This document shows, piece by piece, positions 57,781 through 64,000 of a stretch of DNA of 64,000 nt. The notes beneath the pieces were generated by a model. The model was not told the origin of the DNA. It saw only the letters and a program-made list of their open reading frames with translations, and did not search any database. Within the stretch, counting starts at the first letter, position 1, and each line of letters opens with the position of its first letter. The stretch is from positions 608,001 to 672,000 of the forward strand of contig CBDCWI010000002.1 in the NCBI GenBank assembly GCA_965223325.1, in the 5' to 3' direction. A program made the position numbers and the translations under genes. This stretch comes from Candidatus Multivoradales bacterium. Its GTDB lineage: Bacteria; Acidobacteriota; Thermoanaerobaculia; Multivoradales; Multivoraceae.

Positions 57781-60024
57781 TCAATATCTCGCAGCGAGGA
57801 TGCGTCTAGCCCTCTCGACCATCTGCTCGAACTCGAGGACCCGTTCTGCGGCCTCTGGCCGGAAAGCCCCCTCGAGAGCCGCGAGGCCCTTTTGGGCTTG
57901 CACCAGCACCTTCGCTTGCTCGCCCCCGTCTTGCCCATCGCGAAGGGAGTCGGCGACCAGAGCGACGGTCCCGGCAAGCCGCAGATCGGCGTTGGCGCTC
58001 TCCCAGTCCTCTGTCAGCTCGCGGCGAGTGACTTCCTTTTCGATCTCTTCGAACGAACCGGTCTTCTTCGACCTGTAGCGCAATCGTACGTCGGCCAGTT
58101 TCGGAATGTCCGCGCTGCCACGCAACAGCTCGACTTCGTAGAGCACGGTGACCTGGTGACCGGCGGCGACTTCGCCAGCGTCGGTCTGGGGGTCCCTGAA
58201 GGCCTCGGGGGGTAGTTCACGGTTCTCGTAGCCGAGCTGGCGGTAGCGCAGGACCGCATCGGCATTCCACTCCACCTGCACCCGGGCATCCGAGGCGATG
58301 GTGGGCCGTAGCCCGGTGAGTTTCTCGCCGAACACGCGCGTGGCCTCGCGCAGGTCGTCAACGTAGGCATACGATCCGTCACCGCGATCGGCGAGTTGCT
58401 CGAGGAGAGCGTCGTTGTAGTTGCCCATTCCAAAGCCCACCGCCACCATCTCGATTCCGGCCGATGCGGCGTCGGCAACGGTTTCGAGAATGCTGCGGGC
58501 GTTGGTCGCACCGACGTTGGCGACCCCGTCGCTGCAGAGAATCACCCGACTGGTGACCCCTCGAGAAGCGTTGCGCGCTGCCATGGCGTAGGCGAGCCGC
58601 ATGCCGTCTTCGAGGTTGGTCGACTGTTCGGGGTGTAGCCGCGCGAGTGCGACCCGCGTCGCCGCACGGTCTGAGGTCGGCTCGAGGACTTCGCGCGCCG
58701 TCGAGCTGTAGGTCACCAGGCCCACCTTGTCGTCGTCATGCAGTTCGTCGAGCAGCACGTCGAGTGATCGCTTGACCAGCTCGAGACGGTTCTCGCGCGC
58801 CATCGAGCCCGAGGTGTCGACCAGGAAGGTCAGTGTGACGGGCGGGCGACGCTCTGGTTTGACGTCGCGCGCTCGCACACCGATGCGCACCAGGTGGCGC
58901 TGCCGCGCTGCGGTGGTGGCCTCACGGCCGGAAAGCATTCCGGCAGGGATTGGCGCGCCCGCAACCGTCAAGCGAAAGTCGCCGCGACGCGGTGGCCTCT
59001 CCTGGGTTTCGAAGTAGTTGACCCACTCTTCGATCCGAATCGACTGTGGGGGCGGCAACATGCCTTCTTCGAGCAGGTAACGACGCGCCAGGGTGAACGA
59101 CCCGGTGTCGACGTCGAGGCTGAAGGTCGAGAGCGGCTGGTTCGTCGGATCAACGAACCGGTGCGCCGCGCGTCGGTCGAAGAACATCGCGTCAGGCGCA
59201 GGACGGCGCCTTGGGAGATCAACCGGTGGAGCCATGACGATGCCCGGTGTCGCGCTGCTGGCGATGCGAAACGTATCAACCATCGGCGCATCGCTGGTCA
59301 CGGTGATGTTCTCGGAAACGCCGTCGCTCGAACCGACGATTCCCTGGGTCGCCTGCTCTTTTTGACGCAGGGATCTTTCGCCCCGAGGCGCCGGCAGGTC
59401 GACCCTCGGTTCCGCACCGGACAGTGGCCGCGCTCGCGCTTCGGAGTTGACGTGCTCGAGCTCGAGCTGGATTCTCTCCATGTCCGCCTCGCGCTTCGGG
59501 TTGACTTCTTGAAACCAGGGGTCCGCGCTCGCCTGCTCATAGCGTAGAGGCTCGAGACCCGCGTCGTCTTCGGCACTCGAGACAGCCCCCACTGCGGAGG
59601 CGGCGACCTTCTGGCCGGTCACGACTTCGCCAGTAGGTGCAGTCACCTCTCCTACTTCGGCAGCCGAAGACGGCGGCATGCTGGCAGGCTGCGCGAGGAC
59701 ATCGGCCGCCCTCGAGCGAGCATCATCAGCATCGGCTTGCAGGACCTCCGATGGCGGTGCCTTGACGACCTGCTGGACCAGCAGAACGGGAAGAGCGGCG
59801 AGCACGAGCGCCGCCGCCAGCGCCCACGGGCGCCAGTGCAAGCTCTGCGGCACCGGCGCTTCCTCACTCGCAGGCGCCTTCTGGTTGGCATCTACGCCCG
59901 CCAGGGCCCTTAACTCCTCCGAAGAGGGCACATCGGCGAGCAGACGTGGCAGCAGATCAGGCGGAATCTCGACCTGCTCGGGGTGCTCGAGGGAATCGAG
60001 CCAGTCGTTGTTGTTGCCTACCAT
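57781..60024 (-). CDS. YfbK-like VWA protein (vWF_A + VWA + DUF3520) with N-terminal TM, putative anti-sigma factor
   Basis: PLSTFSLDVDTGSF, IRIEEWVNYF, MIDAS DTSGSM, SDGVANVG, GYENREL...DAGEV. ATG 60024 behind GAGGAG, 2 nt after the sigma stop. Confidence 0.9.
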   Translation of the reverse strand: MVGNNNDWLDSLEHPEQVEIPPDLLPRLLADVPSSEELRALAGVDANQKAPASEEAPVPQSLHWRPWALAAALVLAALPVLLVQQVVKAPPSEVLQADADDARSRAADVLAQPASMPPSSAAEVGEVTAPTGEVVTGQKVAASAVGAVSSAEDDAGLEPLRYEQASADPWFQEVNPKREADMERIQLELEHVNSEARARPLSGAEPRVDLPAPRGERSLRQKEQATQGIVGSSDGVSENITVTSDAPMVDTFRIASSATPGIVMAPPVDLPRRRPAPDAMFFDRRAAHRFVDPTNQPLSTFSLDVDTGSFTLARRYLLEEGMLPPPQSIRIEEWVNYFETQERPPRRGDFRLTVAGAPIPAGMLSGREATTAARQRHLVRIGVRARDVKPERRPPVTLTFLVDTSGSMARENRLELVKRSLDVLLDELHDDDKVGLVTYSSTAREVLEPTSDRAATRVALARLHPEQSTNLEDGMRLAYAMAARNASRGVTSRVILCSDGVANVGATNARSILETVADAASAGIEMVAVGFGMGNYNDALLEQLADRGDGSYAYVDDLREATRVFGEKLTGLRPTIASDARVQVEWNADAVLRYRQLGYENRELPPEAFRDPQTDAGEVAAGHQVTVLYEVELLRGSADIPKLADVRLRYRSKKTGSFEEIEKEVTRRELTEDWESANADLRLAGTVALVADSLRDGQDGGEQAKVLVQAQKGLAALEGAFRPEAAERVLEFEQMVERARRILAARY

Positions 60025-60026
60025 TT

Positions 60027-60617
60027 CTATCTCCTCTCGCCGAGCTGGCGACGCAGAATGCGCCGGGCCCTGGCCAGGCGCTTGCGAATCGCGGAGCGCG
60101 TGACCCGTTCGGTTCGCGCAATCTCGTGGGCACTGATGTCTCCCCAGTACCGCGCCGCAACCACCAGGCGGAGCTCGTCGGGGAGGGCGATCACCGAGCG
60201 ACGTAGGAGCTCGCGCTCCTCGGCCCGGGTCAGTTCTTCTTCGGCGCCGACCGCTGGGTCGGCAACCTCTATCTCGTCTTCGAGTGGCGCCAAGAGGGCC
60301 GGCCGCCGGCACCGGTTGAGGAAGGTGTTGTAGGCGATGCGAAAGAGCCAGGTCGTGAAGCGCGACTGACATTCGAAGCTGTCGAGTGCACCCCAGGCCC
60401 GCCGGTAGGCGTCCTGCGTCAAGTCGGCGGCCAGCTCACGGTCGCCGCACATCCGTGTGACGGAGGTAAAGACCTTCGCGTAGGTGCGCCGCACGAGTTC
60501 CTCGGCTGCCTCACGATCGCCCGCCTGACAGGCGCGCACCAGCTCCTCTTCATTCCTCTTCCGAGGGCGATGGACGGCGGGCTTCAACCGTTCGGGCCTT
60601 TCGGCTTGCAGAATCAT
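60027..60617 (-). CDS. ECF RNA polymerase sigma factor
   Basis: Region 2 (AADLTQDAY, FTTWLFRIAYN) and region 4 (LPDELR, EIAR, IRKRLARAR). Confidence 0.92.
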   Translation of the reverse strand: MILQAERPERLKPAVHRPRKRNEEELVRACQAGDREAAEELVRRTYAKVFTSVTRMCGDRELAADLTQDAYRRAWGALDSFECQSRFTTWLFRIAYNTFLNRCRRPALLAPLEDEIEVADPAVGAEEELTRAEERELLRRSVIALPDELRLVVAARYWGDISAHEIARTERVTRSAIRKRLARARRILRRQLGERR

Positions 60618-60779
60618 GTCGCTTCCCCTTCCTGCCCCTTTAGACACACGAAGCCAGCAAACGGGAACGGCTCGGCTGCTTTTCTTGACATTCTGATCCA
60701 TGGCCCTGGTGAGCGAGCCGTGGGCTCCGGATCGCTATGATCGAGTCACGCCCTTCTTCACCGGGCGGAGGAGAAGACC

Positions 60780-61373
60780 ATGAGACGTTCACGAGTAGGC
60801 CAGCTGGTGTCGCTCTGGTGTAGCACTGCCTTCACGGTGGGCCTTGGCCTCATCACCCTCCTCCTTGTTGCGACCGGAGAGCCAGCAGGCGCGCAGCAGA
60901 GCACCGAGACCGGCACCGGACCGGCGCCGATCGAAGAGTCAGTGGCGGAGCTCGTCGAGCTGGTGCGCTCGTTGGTCGAGGCGCAGCACGACGAGCTTCT
61001 CCTGCGCCGACTCGAGCTCAAGCAGCGCCAGATCGAGCCCATGGAGGCTTCGCTGCGCTCCCAGCGCCAGAACTACCGCCGCCAGGAATCGCAGCTCGAG
61101 ATGATGGAACAGCAATTCGAGACCCAGCGCCAGCAACTGCGCGACCTGCGCGATTTCGGCAGCACCGAGCTCGATGCCGGCGATCTCGAAAGGCGCATCG
61201 AACAACTCGAGGCTGAGATCCGCCAGCAGACGGAGTATCGCGCGATGGCGGAAGGCCAGCTCCAGCAACTGGCCGCCCAGATGGCCGAGTTGGAGGCCGA
61301 TATGGCGCAGCCACTGGCCGAGTTCAGGACCCTCGAGGCGGAGGTCGACGACCGCCTGTTCGGGCAACGCTGA
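60780..61373 (+). CDS. Exported coiled-coil hypothetical protein
   Basis: RBS GGAGGAG, signal/TM segment, long Q/E/L heptad region. Confidence 0.75.
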   Translation: MRRSRVGQLVSLWCSTAFTVGLGLITLLLVATGEPAGAQQSTETGTGPAPIEESVAELVELVRSLVEAQHDELLLRRLELKQRQIEPMEASLRSQRQNYRRQESQLEMMEQQFETQRQQLRDLRDFGSTELDAGDLERRIEQLEAEIRQQTEYRAMAEGQLQQLAAQMAELEADMAQPLAEFRTLEAEVDDRLFGQR

Positions 61374-61541
61374 CCGAACCAGAGGAGCCGTCCTCCTCCA
61401 CGATCCCGCCTGACAATCCGGGGTTTCCGAAGCCCCCCTAGGCGTCGACCACAGTCTGCGGTACACTGTTCTCTGTCGGAAACCAGTTTTGACTCGGCCG
61501 GACTGACCGGTCGACCAGTTACATCACCAGGAAGGATCAGC

Positions 61542-62966
61542 ATGCGCACCTCGAGATCCCTTTTCGCGACTCTGGCGGTCCTCGTTCTTGCCGCCCCGCT
61601 CGCCGCCGCTCCGCCAAACAACGCGGACAAGACCGGCGAAGTTCCAACCTTCTACGGCGACGTTCTCCCGGTTCTGCAGGAAAACTGCCAGGTTTGCCAC
61701 CGCGCGGGCGGTGCCAACCTCGGCGGCATGGTCGCCCCCATGTCGTTCATCAGCTACGAAGACACGCGGCCGTGGGCCAAGTCGATCGCCAAGCAGGTCG
61801 AAGCCCGCACCATGCCGCCCTGGCACGCTTCGACGCATCAGGCCGGGGTGTTTGCCAACGAGCGTGTGCTCGAAGAAGAGGAGATCGCGACCATCGTCGC
61901 CTGGGCACGCGCCGGCGCACCAGCGGGTGACGTGAGCCTCGCGCCCGACGCCGTCGACTGGCCGGTCTACGAAGGTGGCTATGCCATCGGCAACCCCGAC
62001 CTCGAGATCTACATGGGGCCGAAGTACTTCGTCGAAGACGACGTCGAAGACCAATACATCACGTTCGTGACGCCGATCACCGAAGAGATGCTGGCCGAGC
62101 CACGCTGGGTGAAGGCGGTCGAGTTCCTGCCTGGCAGCTCGGTCGTGCATCACATCGTCGCGCCACCGCTCGGCGGCATCGCCCCCGGCAACCAGCCCAG
62201 CATCTACCCGGAAGGCTACGGCACCCTGCTCAAGCCCGGTGACACCGTTCGTTGGTCGATGCACTACCACAAGGAAGCCGGCGAAGGCACCGGCGTATGG
62301 GATCGTTCCAAGGTCGGGATTCGCTTCTATCCCAAGGGTTACACCCCGGACCGTCCGATCGTTGTCGACCCCATGGCACGCATGGACTTCGTGATTCCGC
62401 CGGGTGAGCCATCGGTGTCGTACAACACGAAGGTCAAGTTCGAACGGGACTCCTACTTGATGTCGATCCTGCCGCACATGCACCTGCGCGGGAAGTCAGC
62501 GGAGTACATTGCGCACTACCCCGACGGCAGCAAAGAAACGCTGCTCGAGGTGCCGCGCTACGACTTCAACTGGCAGACGTCGTACGAGTACCCGGCCGAC
62601 AACCTGAAGAAGCTGCCGGCGGGCACCGAGGTCGAGTTCATCGCCACCTGGGACAACTCAGCCGACAACCCCTACAACCCGGATCCGACGGAGGAGGTTC
62701 ACTTCGGCGAGCCCACCACCGCCGAGATGATGTTTGGTTTCCTCACCTACGCCGATGCCGAGGCTGGCTACATGCCGCAGGGCAATGGTTGGTTGACCAA
62801 CCGGGAGAACCGTCCGAAGATGACCGGCGAGCGCATGCGCAAGATCCTCAAGGAGCGCATGGGTCTCGACTACGACACGCTTCCCGAAGACAAGAAGAAG
62901 GAAGTGCTCGAGCGCTTCGGCATGACCGCCGAAGAAGCGGCCATCGGAACGAGCGCCGGCGACTGA
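61542..62966 (+). CDS. Exported cytochrome c + copper type II monooxygenase-like protein
   Basis: Signal peptide, CQVCH heme motif, MPPW, VVHH, MHYH, PHMHLRGK, YDFNWQ, EMM. Confidence 0.85.
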   Translation: MRTSRSLFATLAVLVLAAPLAAAPPNNADKTGEVPTFYGDVLPVLQENCQVCHRAGGANLGGMVAPMSFISYEDTRPWAKSIAKQVEARTMPPWHASTHQAGVFANERVLEEEEIATIVAWARAGAPAGDVSLAPDAVDWPVYEGGYAIGNPDLEIYMGPKYFVEDDVEDQYITFVTPITEEMLAEPRWVKAVEFLPGSSVVHHIVAPPLGGIAPGNQPSIYPEGYGTLLKPGDTVRWSMHYHKEAGEGTGVWDRSKVGIRFYPKGYTPDRPIVVDPMARMDFVIPPGEPSVSYNTKVKFERDSYLMSILPHMHLRGKSAEYIAHYPDGSKETLLEVPRYDFNWQTSYEYPADNLKKLPAGTEVEFIATWDNSADNPYNPDPTEEVHFGEPTTAEMMFGFLTYADAEAGYMPQGNGWLTNRENRPKMTGERMRKILKERMGLDYDTLPEDKKKEVLERFGMTAEEAAIGTSAGD

Positions 62967-62980
62967 GTCACTGGCAGCAG

Positions 62981-63006
62981 GCGCTTGCGTGCTCGTAAGC
63001 GCTTTT
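62981..63006 (+). terminator. Rho-independent terminator
   Basis: GCGCTTGCG-TGCT-CGTAAGCGC stem-loop followed by TTTT, 14 nt after the stop codon. Confidence 0.65.
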
Positions 63007-63033
63007 CGAAGCGGCGAGGGATACGCTCGGGGT

Positions 63034-64000
63034 ATGAACACCCCGCGCGTCGTCCTCGCCGTTTTCGTTTTGCTACCCGCCCTCGCCTGCTCTCCGGAGG
63101 TGCCGGACTCCCCATCCACCACATGGCCCGAGGGCTACGAGGCGGCATGGCAGCAGTGGCGGTCGGATCGGGTTGCCGGACTCACGGCGCGCGACGGCTG
63201 GCTCAACCTCGTCGGCCTACATTGGCTCGACTTCGGTGAGAGCACCCCGCAAGAGGGAGCCACCTGGAGCTTCGGCTATGGGCCGGACAACCAGGTGGTG
63301 TTCGAAGACCGACCCTCGGCTGACGGTGCTCCTCCGGTCCTGGGGACGCTCGAGATTCGTCTCCCGGATCACTTCCTGCTGACCTCCGCCGAGGAAGCCG
63401 GGCTCGCGATCGACGGTCAGCCGGCGGCGCCGGGGAAGCCGATCAGCCTCACCCGCATCGAGCCCGCCGAGGACCAGGCGCCGCTTGCCGAAGTCACCCG
63501 CGGGCCGATTGCCATCACCCTGATCAGTCGCGGTGGAAACTGGGCGCTGCGGGTTCGTGATCGCTCGATCGACAGCGCGGCCCTCCTCGAAGGCGGGATC
63601 GAAACCTGGGAACCACAACCTCGCTTCCTCATCGCCGCGCGCTTCGAGCCCTTCGACGAGGTGCGCCTGGCCGAAGTGCCCAATGTCACCCCCTTTGCCT
63701 ACGGCGCCGAAGCCCTCGGTGAGGTCCTCTTGCCGCTCGCCGATGACCATGGCGTGGTGACCGAGCATCGCATTCTGGCGCTCGGAACCGACCGCAGCGA
63801 ACCGCTCTTTCTCATCATCGCCGACCAGACCAACGGTAGGAACAGCTACGGCGGCGGTCGCTACCTCTATGCCGGACCGCCCGATAAAGACAACCGACTG
63901 ACCGTCGATCTCAATCGGCTCTACAACCCCCCCTGCGCCTTCACCGGCTGGGCCACTTGTCCTCTCCCGCCGAGACAGAACCGGCTGGAGGTAGCGATCG
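63034..64000 (+). CDS. DUF1684 family lipoprotein (3'-truncated; absent from the ORF track)
   Basis: Translated manually from ATG 63034: lipobox ALAC, DGWLNLVGLHWL, and in frame SYGGGRYLY, DLNRLYNPPCAF, TCPLPP..N.L. Confidence 0.9.
   Translation, partial: MNTPRVVLAVFVLLPALACSPEVPDSPSTTWPEGYEAAWQQWRSDRVAGLTARDGWLNLVGLHWLDFGESTPQEGATWSFGYGPDNQVVFEDRPSADGAPPVLGTLEIRLPDHFLLTSAEEAGLAIDGQPAAPGKPISLTRIEPAEDQAPLAEVTRGPIAITLISRGGNWALRVRDRSIDSAALLEGGIETWEPQPRFLIAARFEPFDEVRLAEVPNVTPFAYGAEALGEVLLPLADDHGVVTEHRILALGTDRSEPLFLIIADQTNGRNSYGGGRYLYAGPPDKDNRLTVDLNRLYNPPCAFTGWATCPLPPRQNRLEVAI

Noticed and set aside
60025-60372. N-terminal extension of the VWA ORF to 863 aa
   Set aside because: It overlaps the ECF sigma gene, and a good RBS and ATG lie at 60024.
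1-64000. tRNA (including tRNA-Sec), rRNA, riboswitch, CRISPR array, prophage or integrase
   Set aside because: None recognisable by eye in the intergenic regions. A covariance-model search was not possible.

Overview
A GC-rich, gene-dense bacterial chromosomal segment of about 52 CDS. I found no rRNA, tRNA, CRISPR array, prophage or transposase. The gene repertoire and a C-terminal 'FEDGFESG' motif suggest Acidobacteriota, possibly Thermoanaerobaculia-like (inference). The first half holds sucA-sucB-lpdA, a complete moxR/DUF58/BatABCDE operon, and a signalling neighbourhood (NtrC-type sigma54 activator, FHA-GAF-PP2C, ExeA-PEGA, DUF4388, CotH kinase, tandem PilZ behind a sigma54 promoter) that contains a 166-bp MITE. 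These are followed by TrmH, an MMPL transporter, an immunity-like gene next to a tandem-domain nuclease, and several exported hydrolases. The second half holds PuuD, a PLP cysteine-synthase-rhodanese fusion, adenosine deaminase, an LLM oxidoreductase, pyrD, ggt, NfeD-flotillin, an ECF sigma/VWA pair, a cytochrome c-copper monooxygenase-like protein and DUF1684. The top candidate discovery is the cysteine synthase-rhodanese gene (43973-45319). It is a single 448-codon frame interrupted only by an in-frame UGA that is followed by a SECIS-like hairpin, so it probably encodes a selenoprotein. Family assignments come from motif recognition by eye, not database searches.
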